64,000 bases of DNA from positions 152,086,001-152,150,000 of the forward strand of contig OX597814.1 in NCBI GenBank assembly GCA_951406725.2. Reading direction: 5' to 3'. Positions within the stretch are counted from its first letter, which is position 1; every line of letters begins with the position of its first letter. Positions 12,959 through 25,630 of this stretch are shown here, piece after piece. The translations under genes and the position numbers were made by a program. The notes under the pieces were generated by a model. That model worked only from the letters and a program-made list of their open reading frames with translations. It searched no databases and was not told where the DNA came from. Source of the DNA: Octopus vulgaris (Eukaryota).

Positions 12959-13420
12959 ACTTTTACAATACGCATAAAAACACACACACAAATACACTCA
13001 AATATATATATACATAAGGTGTCTAGACGCAATTTAAAACCGAAAAGGAAATAATTCACGGTCACTAAAAGTGATCAAGGCTGCAGGGAGATCCAGCATT
13101 GCTAGAAATAAGAGTCTTAGTCACAGAAAGCACGTTCTATATAAACTGAGTGGAGGAGACAATCTCCCCACCACAAGCGAGATTAGCATGCTAATTTTGT
13201 ATAGAAATTAATACTCATCAGTAATGATTATGCCATTGCTGGTGGTGTAGCTGAACTCTCGCTTGTCAGTATTATAGAAAATGCCATAGGAATCAGTGGC
13301 TGATTCCGCAAAATGGTAATGTAAAAATTATCAAATAATTAAGGTGGCTAGATGTAATTTAAAGCCAAAAAGGAAATAATCCACTGCTACTAAAAGTGAC
13401 CAAGGGTGTAGAGAGCATAA

Positions 13421-13496
<76 letters not shown>

Positions 13497-14060
13497 CTTA
13501 GTGGTTAGGCACTCACGATTGCAAGATCGCGGGTTCTATTCACAGACCGGGCGTTGCGTTGTATTCTTGAGCAAAGCACTTCATTTCACGTCACTCTGCG
13601 ATCATTTCGTTATCTGACATGTGCCACATGGTGCACCTGTACAGGTAATGTCGATTTGATGGAGAGAGTGAGCTTATGTGAACACAAACATTTGATCACT
13701 ATAAACAAATCATCTGTGTGGCTGTTCGGCAAGAGGTTACCGAACCCTCATGCGTCGTCTAACTACAGGAGAATCCATGATACACACACACACATACACA
13801 CATACACACGCACACACACACATATATATACAATTATAAAATATGGGCGTTTAGTTCACAGGTGATCCAAATGACTAGGTACACTGGGTAAGTGTTGTAA
13901 CGGATTACCAGAGCTCCAAGCTCATAGCCGAAACGGGAGTAATGCAACCATTGCAGATTTCGATATAGCGGGTATATATTTGTTAAAGAGGACAACAAGG
14001 GTTAAGACAAGAGAAACATCTCAAGTCATATATGCTATCGTTATTAGAAAAAAAATTAAT

Positions 14061-14089
14061 GTCTGACAGCTGTTTCCGCCATCGGAGAC
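14061..14089 (-). ncRNA. Degenerate minimal hammerhead motif
   Basis: The minus strand reads GTCT-CCGATGG-cg-GAAA-CAGCTG-TC-AGAC, with a palindromic stem III and a mutated core. Confidence 0.5.
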
Positions 14090-14257
14090 AAATAGGTAAA
14101 ATGCGAAGTTTATAGATTAAAGAAACGATGAAATAAAAGGACTTGAGAAAAATAAAGAAATGAAGAAAACGTTTCTTTTTTCTTCATTTCTTTATTTTTT
14201 CTCCAGTCCTTTATTTCATCGTTTCCTTAATCTATGCCCTTCACATTTTACCTATTT

Positions 14258-14313
14258 GTCTCCGATGACAGAATATCCCATATTTTGGGATATCTCAGAA
14301 ACGGCAGTAAGAC
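14258..14313 (+). ncRNA. Type I hammerhead-like motif (CCGAUGA core variant)
   Basis: GTCT-CCGATGA-(..atatccca tattt tgggatat..)-GAAA-cggcag-TA-AGAC. Confidence 0.6.
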
Positions 14314-14384
14314 TTAAAATTTTTCTAATAATGATAATGTATATGACTTGAGATGTTTGTCTTTCCTTAGCGTTTGTCGTCCTC

Positions 14385-14520
14385 TTGGTTTTCACGAATC
14401 TGACATTCGTTGGTGAGGAATAATAGAACAGTCATCTGCCAAACTTTCATTGCGAGTTTGATTTCTTATCAATTTTACTTGAAAATCTTAACATTTTACT
14501 ATTGCAGAATTTTTTTTTAC
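14385..14520 (+). repeat. ~135-bp direct repeat, copy 1 (copy 2 at 15969-16103)
   Basis: ttggttttcacgaatctgacattcgttggtgagg...ctattgcagaatttttttttac. The copies differ by three substitutions and T-run length. Confidence 0.95.
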
Positions 14521-14543
14521 ATAACCATTCCGAAATATAACAA

Positions 14544-14585
<42 letters not shown>

Positions 14586-14590
<5 letters not shown>

Positions 14591-14761
14591 ACATAAATGT
14601 GAAACAAGGTGGAAAAGAGTACTCAATACCAGTGGTAGAGTAATATTTTATTTAGACAGAAATTCGACTTTCTTGCCGTTCATCAGACAGTTTTTGCTAG
14701 AATGCCATTCTAGCAAAAACTGTCTGATGCAAAAAATAGTAACAGATTTTGTTGAATTCTG

Positions 14762-14764
<3 letters not shown>
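14586..14764. mobile_element. Short palindromic PLE pLTR remnant, same family as 2057-2205
   Basis: Inverted copy 14586-14704 joined to forward copy 14706-14764, with a perfect 24-bp hairpin at the junction. Both hammerheads carry deletions. Confidence 0.85.
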
Positions 14765-14821
<57 letters not shown>

Positions 14822-15054
14822 ATCTATATATATGCATACGACGACCTTTCGCCAGTTTTTGTCTATCGGATTCTATAAAGCGACAGACGAAAACTATAAC
14901 TCGAGGCTATAGTACAAGACACTTGACTTAAATCTAGTAAAATCCCATTCGGAAATTCCAGGTTGCGAAATTACCATGTTAGCCACATCTTTGCCCTATG
15001 TAAAGAACAATAAGTAAGGTTTTGGCGATCTGAGACTGCAACACGTAATCAAAT

Positions 15055-15302
15055 ATGTTGTTTGTTCCTTCTCGAGAGCCATGCCTGGCTCATAAGGCCC
15101 GGTTTCCTTGTTTCATTGGCGTATAGATTCCCCACTCGGACGGGACACCGGTCCGTCACAGGTGAGCTGCTAGTTGCAGGAAGTTATAGCGAAAGAGTCA
15201 GCAGAAGTTCACCATTACCTTCTGCTGGAGCCTGCGCCTGAGATTCGAACCCGCGATCCCTCGACCGCGTGTCCGCTGCTCTAACCACTAGGCCATGTGC
15301 TT
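15055..15302 (-). mobile_element. tRNA-derived SINE
   Basis: The minus strand reads tggcctagtggttagagcagcggac..gggttcgaatctc. It is related to the 6608 SINE. Confidence 0.75.
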
Positions 15303-15968
15303 CCGTTATCAAAAGTAGGCAACTGATATCACTTCTTTCACCAATTCCTTACTATAGAACATTTGAATGACTTTAAGAACGTCAGATGCTTGGTGTGAAG
15401 AGAACTGAACTGAGATTTTCCATTATCGTTTATTGTATATCACTTAAAATTAATCCTTTTTACTATTACTTATCCATGTAAAAAGCTGCTTTAACTCATT
15501 TAGATGATCAACAACTAAAGTTAGTATCAGATGTTTCGAGTAACCTCTGATTTTTCTCATTCAAAAATCAGTAAGCAATATTTTGAATTAGTTTCTAAAT
15601 TGTCTCCTTCCATTATAAAAATATGGCAGGCAGCCGGTAAGTAACTGCTCAGATGTTCTAGAAATAATAGTCAATTCTTCCCAGATACCATTCCACAGTC
15701 CTAAAAAAAAGCTTGTTGCACAATGTCCTCCGGCACTTACAATATCTGAAATAAAACCGGAATTGTTGCGGCTGGAAAGCCTTTGCGTTCAAAATTATCC
15801 CATCAGTGCTAACAACAGCAGCAGTAGATGTCTCCCAACCCACAGAACAGACGCAGTGAAATCACCCTTACCCGTCTTGTTGCTTAACAACAACAACAAC
15901 AACAGCAGTAGCAACGACAACAAGAAATATTCCATTAAAGCATAGCCTAAATGTCACGAAGAACAGGA

Positions 15969-16103
15969 TTGGTTTTCACGAATCTGACATTCGTTGGTGA
16001 GGAATAATAGAATAGTCATCTGTCAAACTTTCATTGCGAGTTTGATTTCTTATCAATTTTACTTGCAAATCTTAACATTTTACTATTGCAGAATTTTTTT
16101 TAC
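15969..16103 (+). repeat. ~135-bp direct repeat, copy 2
   Basis: Near-identical to 14385-14520. Confidence 0.95.
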
Positions 16104-17165
16104 TGCTACATATATGGTGATTTCAGAACTTTGATAGCATCTTTAGAAGTGTGCTATTCAGTTATAAATTTATATAACCCTCGAAAATTTCCAGATAGTT
16201 TGAAGATTTATTACCGACTAATTTTCTCTCTTTGAAACAAAATTAAAATACAAGTTTAAAATATATCAAATAACTATTTTCCTTTTCTAACTTAAACTTT
16301 CTTTAAGATACATTGTTTTTGGTGATATTTTATACATATGATTTGTTGAAATCACCTTCAAAATTCATCTTTTTAATGAGAAGAAAGTTTTATGCAATAT
16401 CAATATATAATATTCATATTTCTTGTTCTTACGTGGAATAATATTATTTCATATAATTACCTTGCCTTTTATATTGTCTTTCAACTACAACTTATAAAAA
16501 CTTATGTATATGCCTCTTCCAAGTACCATATAACTGTAGTGCAAGTTATTTTATGTGTCTCTGTGGCGTCAGAGAATTGATTTTCATTTATGATTCAGAC
16601 TTAAACTCAATGAAAGTTACATAAAATAATATATTGCATGCATAAGTTTCACCGCTGAGGTATATACAGAAGTCAACAGCTGATACTCACATGTTTGCAA
16701 CTACACTTTTTCATTCTGTACAAAGCGTAACATATATTCGTTTAGAAAACTCAACATGAAAACGTATACATAAGTAACAAGGTTTTTTCCGCTCTTGCAT
16801 CCTCAGGGTCTAATGTACTTTAAGACGCCAATTTAAATTGAAATCGAACACGCATGTGACGTGTCAGACATTTTGTAGCATTACCAGAACAGATAATCTC
16901 ATATTTTTGTGCAAAAGAAGATGTAATGGTAACCGTTTCTAAGTAACACAATTCATTTCACTTGAAAATAATAATTTTTCACCACGGAAAGGCAATTATT
17001 TTCAGCTTTTATCGATGGTTTTTGGTGCAGTATTTTATATCATATTTTTATGCTTACAGTGTATATTCACGCAAACGCCATAGGAATAAGTACATTCCAG
17101 TGAAATAAAATGGCATTACTTATAAACAGTTTAGTTCTTAATTAAATTCCATGCATATACACACA

Positions 17166-17262
<97 letters not shown>

Positions 17263-19854
17263 GTGTGAATATATATATATGTGTGTGTATGTGTGTATTT
17301 ATATATGTGTATATATATATGTATATTTATATATATATATGCGTGTATGTATAATCATATACATACATACATACATGCTTACATACATAGAATTGTTTTA
17401 TTTCGAACAGATCCCCAAACGACGTTATTCCTTTCATTGTTGGCCATTTATTGTTCTTACAAAGTTGTTATACTGTTTCTTAATTGCCTAATTTTCTTAT
17501 TCTCTAGTTTTTATCTTCACGAAATATTTACTACTCGCCTTGAATAAGTCGAATTTGTTTGTGGAACGAGGAGTTTTATCTATTTTATACTGCAGGATAG
17601 CTACATGATGTTTACAAAAATGTTTGTTTTTTTTTTCTTAATTTTGAGTTGATTGTAAATCTAATTTCTCCTGTCGCAAAAAGTAGAACTCATAAATTTT
17701 TCAATCATTTGCCTTCACGCATTTTAAATACTCAGTGGTGCAAATTATAATTTATCCGTTTGTGCTCCACCTTCTCCTATACTATTTATTCCTATTTTCC
17801 ATATAATATATCCACTTAGATGCTGTCCTTTCTCTTCCCACTTCTGGCTTTTTACTCCTCTTTTACTTAAACTGTTCATTTAAACATCCTGTGAAGTGAA
17901 CAAAACAATTTTAACTCCTAATAATATCAAGATTTAAATAGACCGATAAACAGAAAACTACAAGTAATTGTAAGTAATGTAATTGGCATAATGTAGAGGA
18001 ATCGTCCAACTAAATGGTATTAAATGAACTTGGTGTTTAGAAAGTAAAATTTGGAAACTTGAGATACAAAAGTTTGTTTTAATGCCGTTGTATTTATATA
18101 TGAAGGACAGTTCTCTTGCAGCAGAAGAAAAGTGTGAGCAAGAATTACTTGTTGATAGTGATTTGGGAGAATGAATTCCTGGTTGAGAGATACAGTAACA
18201 CATTTTAAGGAATAGAGGGAATTTCTACAATGAGATAAAGTATTTTGTTTAATGTTTACGTGATGAGCGGTAGATAAATTGTGATGGTGAAACATGAATA
18301 GAAATAAGGTTATACGAATGAAAAGATACAGTAAGAAAACGGCACAATGGTATATGTTACCGTGTTGAGGTTGTCAATGAGGTGTATTAGTTCAATGTAA
18401 TATAAAGAATATACACAAAATTCACACACACAATGGTACACATAAAATAATACATTACACAATAGTATTACATGAACATAACTTTAACAGAGTCACCTAT
18501 GCTATTTGACAAGTGCAATGTTACAAAATCAATGCCATGTGAAGTATATTGCACGAAAGAGAAATTTTGTTTATTTCACCAAATCAGATGTAATTGATTT
18601 TATGGAAGTTGAACTATATGTTATGTCATTCAATATCTTCTCGTGATAGTTCTTTGAAAAATCATCCCATTTTCATATGTTCTTACTCATTCAATTCTTT
18701 TCTCGTTTAAACACCATTTTCGAGAACCCTACTAAGATGAACTTAGTTATTGCCAACATTACGAAGAAGATAACAGAAGAAACATATATAAATACATAAA
18801 TAAATAAATTTCTGTCAGCAAACACTTTCGGTATGTGTATAATATTTGGACACATATAAAAAGAACCAAACCAAATTCAATAACAGCTTTATTGATTTCA
18901 TTACATTCAAAACAGCTTCTTTTTTTTTTTTCAAGTGAAGTAGAATATGAAAAATTGTACGGAGTCGGAAGTATCAAATCCCAATCATTATACTGTTAGA
19001 ATATTATAGATTTATTTTCCCCACAAAGAGAGGGGAGGTATTAATAATGGCTTGGGGTGTTATATTAACACCTGCTTAAAATACTTCCAAATGTAAATAT
19101 CAAATTCTTTTTTGATGATGAAATTTTAATAATTACTTTTCGTCAAGTTATATATTTTTTTATCATCTACAAAACGAATGAAGCTATGAAAAATTCATAT
19201 AAAAGAATTATGACATCAGAATATATTAATATTCCCTACATTGCCAAAATACAGAAGTAATTTAATTTTTTTCATAGGTTATTCTTTCGACATGATTGAA
19301 TATTAACTATGTATATATAACTATGTATGAAATCATAGATGTCGGCACTTTAATAACTTAAAAACGAGTATCCAGAAAGGAAACAGTTGAAAGATGAAAG
19401 GCAATTGACGAGACCAATGTACAAAATGGCTTCAGATAATTAAACTTTGTGCTAAACCAGCATTTTAAATGTAAAGCCATTAGTCATGGCAAAGCAATTT
19501 AAAATTGATTGGAAATCATTCTGTAAATGAATTGGATGAATGTGTAATAACTAACTACATAATATCTATTATCCAGTGTAAAATAATTCGATCCTCGTAA
19601 AATGATTTGAAACAAATCTAAACAATTGGATTATCATCAGGGTTATGAGAAAGCTTTTAACCTAAAACGAATCAAATACAAATATCGATTTCTTTGCCAA
19701 GACACAAGACCAATTTAAGAGAATACTGGATCGTCACCGATATATTGTCTTATTTTATCGATTCTGAAGAAATTGTAAGTATAGCCGAGCGTAGTTGTAT
19801 TTGAGTATAGAGGACTGATAGACTCGCAACTAGATATTTAAATGTATTTAAAAT

Positions 19855-20072
19855 ATTGGTTTCAATTTTTGGCGCGAGGTCAGCAATTACGGGGGAGTGG
19901 TTAAGTCGATTACATTGACCTCAGAACTTAATTGGTAATTGCTTTACCGATCTCGAAAGGATGAAAGGTAAAGTCAACCTCGGCGTAATTTGAAACCAAA
20001 ACTTAAGGATGGATGAAATGCTGCTAAGGATTTTGCCCAGCGTGCTAACGATTCTACCAGCTCACCGCCTTA
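19855..20072 (-). mobile_element. Nin/Deu-like tRNA SINE
   Basis: cgaaaggatgaaaggtaaagtcaacctcggcg..ccagctcaccgcc, same family as 61072. Confidence 0.8.
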
Positions 20073-21039
20073 AATATATTTAAAGCATTACAGACAGTTT
20101 ACTGTCTGAATGGGAGAATAGGCAGTGTTGGACAAAATACTTTATGGTATGTGATTACATCACTTTACATTCTGAATTCAAATGACATTCAGTCTACTTT
20201 GACTTTTCTCCATCTGAGATATATAAAATAAATACTAGGGTTTATTTAATAGGTTAAAACTTACAAAGTGATGCCTCCGTATGGGCATGATCCAGTAACT
20301 GAAACAAGCAAAATAATAAAATAAAATAATACAGGAGCGTTTATCTAGGATTTTAGTTTTGATTCATGGCATCGTATTAGTTTTCTTCGAATCAGATGAT
20401 TAAAATAATTAAATAGTGATTAATAAGGGTATCAACTCGAGAAAATCGTTAAATGCAACAAATGAAAAGAAATTCGACAGAAACTGAAATGCAAGGAAAA
20501 GCTATTAGAACACAAAGACGGAAGTAATATCGATTAAATTCCACTTGAAGATGAGAAGCAACATATAATTGTTTATAATAAGAAACAGTAATGAGATAGA
20601 TTTTCTTCAGTAGATGTGGTGTCGGCAAATGAGATCGCATCATAATGAAGAACCAAGTGTTTGTATTTTATTTCTGGTATTATATTGCATAATTTTGATA
20701 GTGCATTTCTCTTGATATAATATATTTTAGCTGAAAATCGGTTATCAGTTATAAGTCTTCTCCAAGACATTTCTCCATGCACTTGCACAGCGCAAGTTAG
20801 AACAATAAAGAGTGTTATTGCTTGTGAGACACAAACAAAACAAAAACGAATGTCAGTGTTTGTGCGAAGCTAATCTGTGATAATATAATTTGTTCTTTTC
20901 AGGGCAAGGTATATCTTATGTCTCCTTGTTATTCTCAAAGCCGGAAACAAAAATTGAAATTTTCAGAAAAACAAAACACGAAGACAGGTATACAAACAAC
21001 AAGCAGATATGTTAGTTTGACACTCGGTAAAGTGAGAGA

Positions 21040-21076
21040 GTCTTTTACGTTTCGAGCCTACGCTCTTCAACAGGAA
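21040..21076 (-). ncRNA. Minimal hammerhead-like motif in a probable PLE-derived repeat (~20945-21092)
   Basis: The minus strand reads ttcctg-TTGAAGA-gcgtaggctc-GAAA-CG-TA-aaaga. Stem III is the ACGU palindrome, but C3 is U and stem I pairs poorly. Confidence 0.4.
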
Positions 21077-21089
21077 GTAAACAGAGAGA

Positions 21090-21142
<53 letters not shown>

Positions 21143-21350
21143 AGAGAGTGCTTGTACATGTGCGTGTCTGCGTGCGTGTGTTTGTGTTTGTGTGTGCGGG
21201 TGTGCGTGAATAAATAGATAGATTCTGCAAAAGAGTATATGTATGTGTGTATGTATATATGTATGTATTTATGTATTTACGTATTTATGTATGTATGTGC
21301 GTATGTATGTTTGTTTGTTTGTATGTATGTATGTATGTATGTATGTATGC

Positions 21351-21429
<79 letters not shown>

Positions 21430-22439
21430 AATCTATCTATCTATCTGTGTGTATGTATCTATTCAAGTTGCACATTTTGAACCCCCTACCAATCGATGTC
21501 GAGAAAATTCTTGAGAACATATAAGTCAAATTGATCTGAAAAATGACGAATTTATTAACTTACCATAAAAGAAAAAAATGGCGAAGAATATAATTTAATA
21601 GCTTCATTTTTTTTCTTTCTATCTCTTAATATTTTCTCCAACGTGTCATTTGTGTAACGAGGTGGTGAAACAGAAGTTATTCTCTTAGTAGGTTTATCAA
21701 GGTTTAAAATATTGATCACCCTTATTAAATTATCTTCAATCTTTTATGCTATAGTGATTAGCAGAATATGAAACCATTCGAAAAATACGAAACACTTCAA
21801 CAGTACAACTGAAGCTATTATTCAGTAAATCATGCTTGATCAATCAATTATTCTAGCAACTGTGCGACAATCATTAAATATTTGCGAGTACTGCCTTACC
21901 TCACACGCAATGCGGGCGTACACAAAGCTGGCATGTACACATATATTGTGTACACTCACACACGACAGTAATCCCACATAGCGTTCATATTCAGCGATTA
22001 AATCAAGTGATTCAAGTATTGATTTCTTTGTTGGATTGATTAGATTTATTCTTTTTAGCTTCAAACAAACTTAAATGTAGGACTAACGTTTCCCTTGGTA
22101 ATTGTGTATATTTTTAACTCCATTGTTCACGTTAAAAAAAAATTTAAGTTGATAACTTATTTATTCATCTACTTATTCTAACATGTGTTAACTGAATTAA
22201 AACCATGTAGGTAAACGAGTCAGATCTTCATTCCGTTTAAGAAATCAAAGAGACTTCAGTTTATCTATGGGCTCGAAAAATGATTTCAATGTTTCTATCA
22301 GGATAGCCGTAAAGAATTACAATAGAGTATTTCATTGAATTTAACCTTACTGTGAGATGACTTGCCATAGGGTTATTCCACACACACATACACACACACA
22401 CGCATACGCACGCGCACGCATGCACACAAAGTCTACACA

Positions 22440-23235
22440 GAGCCTATGTAACGAGAAGGTTATCAAACTGGCCAAACGGTTGGAAAGAGGAATTAGTTAC
22501 CCGATTCATGCAAGAAACCGAGTATGTTGGAAGTAAAGAACGCTGGTTATGACTGACAGATGAAAACTTGAAAATGAGAAACTGAATCGCTAGCTGTGGC
22601 TGCTCAGGAACAAACCATTAAAACGGATATGATAAAAACATTGATTGATAAAACTCAGTCAGAGAGCAAACATAGAATCTGTGGGAAAGGAGACGAGAGT
22701 ATAAACCGTCTTGTAAGTGAATGCAGTAAGCGATCACAAAAGAACATATGTGCATTCATGATTGTTTCGATAAAAAAGTGCATTGGGATGTTAGCCAAGT
22801 GTATTGGTTCAATGTGACAGAAAAGTTGTATGAACACGAGCCAAAGGTTGTGATGGTGAATGATAATTACAAAGTTTTATGAGATTTCTCTATAAAGACT
22901 GACCATTCTATAGAAGCAAGGAGAGCAGATGCGATCGGAGAGGACAAAAATTGACAAAAGGTTTGCAATACAATGTGATAATAGAGTGGACATCAAAGAA
23001 ATTGTGAAAATTGATAAATATCAGGACTCAGCCTTAGAGAGATGAAGAGATTGAGGAAGTGAAAGGCAAGAATTACTTTTGTGGTAACTGGAGAGCTGGG
23101 AACAACACCCAAACTGCTACCTAAGATGAAGGATATTGGAATTTTGACACGCGGTATTGACCTGCCGTAAAGTGCCATTCTGTATTCTGTATTTTTCATG
23201 AATACTAAGAAATATTCTTGATATTGCAGAAAACT
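22440..23235 (+). mobile_element. R4/Dong-like non-LTR retrotransposon 3' part (Zn knuckle and RLE), degraded
   Basis: AAQEQTIKTD..IDKTQSESKHRICGKGDESINRLVSECSK..KLYEHEPKVV..NDNYKVL*DFSIKTDHSIEARRAD..KIDKYQD. Confidence 0.85.
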
Positions 23236-23309
23236 TGTTGTCAAACCTCAAAAGAAAAAGAAGAGACATCCCTGCTAACTGAACTAGCATGTAAAAGCTT
23301 TTGAATAAT

Positions 23310-23757
23310 AATGGTTTAAAGTTTTGGCACAACGCCAGCAATTTCTGGGAGGAAGTATGTCGATTGCACCGACCCCCAGTGCTCAACTGGTACTTATATT
23401 ATCGATTTTGAAAAACGAAGTCGACCTCGGCAGAATTTTAACTCAATGTAAAGACAGATGAAAGGCTTAGTAAGTATTTCGTCCGGCGTGCTAACGATTC
23501 TACCAGGTCACCGCCTTACTTTGAAAGATGATAATAATAATAATCCTTTCTTATTTTGGAAGAAGGCCAGCAATTTTGAGAGATGAGCAAGTCCATTGCA
23601 TTGACCCAAGCAGTTAGCCGGTACTTGTTTTATCGACCCCGAAAGGCTGAAAAGTAATGTTGGCCTTAGTGGAATTTGAACCGAGGACGTAAAGACGGAC
23701 GAAATGCTGCTAAGCATTTTGTCCGGTGTGCTAACGATTTTGAGATCTCGCCACCTT
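23310..23757 (-). mobile_element. Two tandem Nin/Deu-like tRNA SINEs (23310-23518 and 23545-23757)
   Basis: Each shows ggtactt..ttatcga..gaaa..cct..gg.ggaattt..gtaaagac..gctaacgatt..cgcc. Confidence 0.75.
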
Positions 23758-23890
23758 CATGATGATGATGAGGATTATGATGATGATGGTGATGATGATG
23801 ATGGTGATGATGATGATGACGACGACGATGATAACGATGATGATGATAATGATGATGATGATGATTATGATGATGATGATAATAATAATG

Positions 23891-23972
<82 letters not shown>

Positions 23973-23975
23973 TAA

Positions 23976-24275
23976 TCAAGATAGAGAGATACAACCCTCT
24001 TAAGTACGAAATAGTTCGGCTATGGAAAAGGAAGACGGTGAAGATAGTGCTAATTATTGTTGGGTCCTCGGGAACAGCATCAAAATGCATCAAGAGGAAT
24101 ATAAAGGAAATTGGAATAGAGTGCCCAGTAGAACTGTTTAAAAAGTTTGTCTCCTTGTCACGGCCAGAATAATTAGGAAAGTGTTAGCTGAAAAGAATGG
24201 ATAGCATGAGACCGTAGGCTGCAAGTAGCAAGCTCGCTACGCCTGTAAGACTCTAGGAGCTTCAACAAAATCTGT
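23976..24275 (+). mobile_element. 5'-truncated R4/Dong-like 3' end inside (TAA)n
   Basis: KIERYNPLKYEIVRLWKRKTVKIVLIIVGSSGTASK..IGIECPVELFKK/LLVTARIIRKVL, with (TAA)n on both sides. Confidence 0.85.
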
Positions 24276-24304
24276 GATAAATAATAATAATAATAATAAT
24301 AATA

Positions 24305-24389
<85 letters not shown>

Positions 24390-24411
24390 TAACAACAACA
24401 ACAACAACAAC

Positions 24412-24478
<67 letters not shown>

Positions 24479-24479
24479 T

Positions 24480-24608
24480 TTTAAAAAATGAACGAACTAC
24501 TGAGTTTGGTTTAATGGCCTACCAATGTATACTATGAGTTTCTTTGCCCTAGGAGTTGGGAAGACACTCGGCAAGAAATGGAAGCAAATTTGAAAGAAGA
24601 AAAAAAAA
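24480..24608 (+). mobile_element. Short 3' UTR fragment of a Dong-like element inside (TAA)n
   Basis: ctttgccctagg..gaaga..ct.gg..aaa.ttgaaagaaga matches the terminus at 53452-53510. Confidence 0.55.
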
Positions 24609-24648
<40 letters not shown>

Positions 24649-25139
24649 TCCTGATACAATACCAGGCAGTGCTTCTCATGACTTCTGATCTTAACTGATT
24701 GGAAGTGTTATCATATGTATATTTTGTCTTCGTATAAAAGTTGCGCCACAACAAATATTCTGTTTAATACCACGGATTTGCTTGTTACTTGCTTGACCTT
24801 AACCATTTGAACCTGTCTCTTAGTAGCTAACAATATGTGTATCTCTGATCACGAGCAGAAATAGTGTGGGAGCATCAAAGCCATGTATTGAGAGGAATTC
24901 TTTGGGGTTCGCATAATTCACTTCTGGAGACACGGATGTTTTGTTCACTATCCTTAAATAAACCTTATCCAGGGATCCCTTTGAGTGGTTACTCGACCTG
25001 AAAAAATTCCAATTGGGCCCCACCTGGAAGGTCAGGCGCCGTTTATCTTGATATGAGACAACCATGTCGCACATATATAGTTGTGATGCGTGTGCCGGGT
25101 GTACCCTTATCAGACAAGTAGTCATGATGGGTATATTGG

Positions 25140-25412
25140 TACTACTACCACCTTTTTCAGCGACCACAACTGCTTAACTTCCCAAGCTAACCTGTCATAT
25201 CTATCGACTTTTCTTTCTTCCTTATTGCATACCTTGTTTCAGCTGGGCATACTATATCTATGATCAAGCATCGTTTGCTTTGTCTCTCAATTAACACTGC
25301 CTGGTTTCCTATTCTCTATCTTATGGTCGCACTGAATCTTAAAATCTCTTCGTACCACTTTTTTGCTCTGTCAGGTACATACATGTTGCAAAGTTTCCAA
25401 TGGACAATCCTT
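25140..25412 (-). mobile_element. R4/Dong-like RLE fragment
   Basis: The minus strand gives IARIVHWKLCNMY..KWYE..RCLIIDIVCPAE..NKEEEKVDRYDRLAWEVKQLWSLKKVVVVP. Confidence 0.85.
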
Positions 25413-25532
25413 GCTATTCTTCTTCTTCTTCTTCTTCTTCTTCTTCTTCTTCTTCTTCTTCTTCTTCTTCTTCTTCTTCTTCTTCTTCGTCTTCTTCTCC
25501 TCCTCCTCCTCCTCCTCCTTCTTCTTCTTCTG

Positions 25533-25630
<98 letters not shown>

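Larger units (their letters stand above)
13986..14386. mobile_element. Diverged ~400-bp palindrome of a hammerhead-bearing, PLE pLTR-like element
   Basis: Arms pair across a centre at ~14170 (aagaaaacgtttctt). Each arm carries a hammerhead-like motif. Confidence 0.75.
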
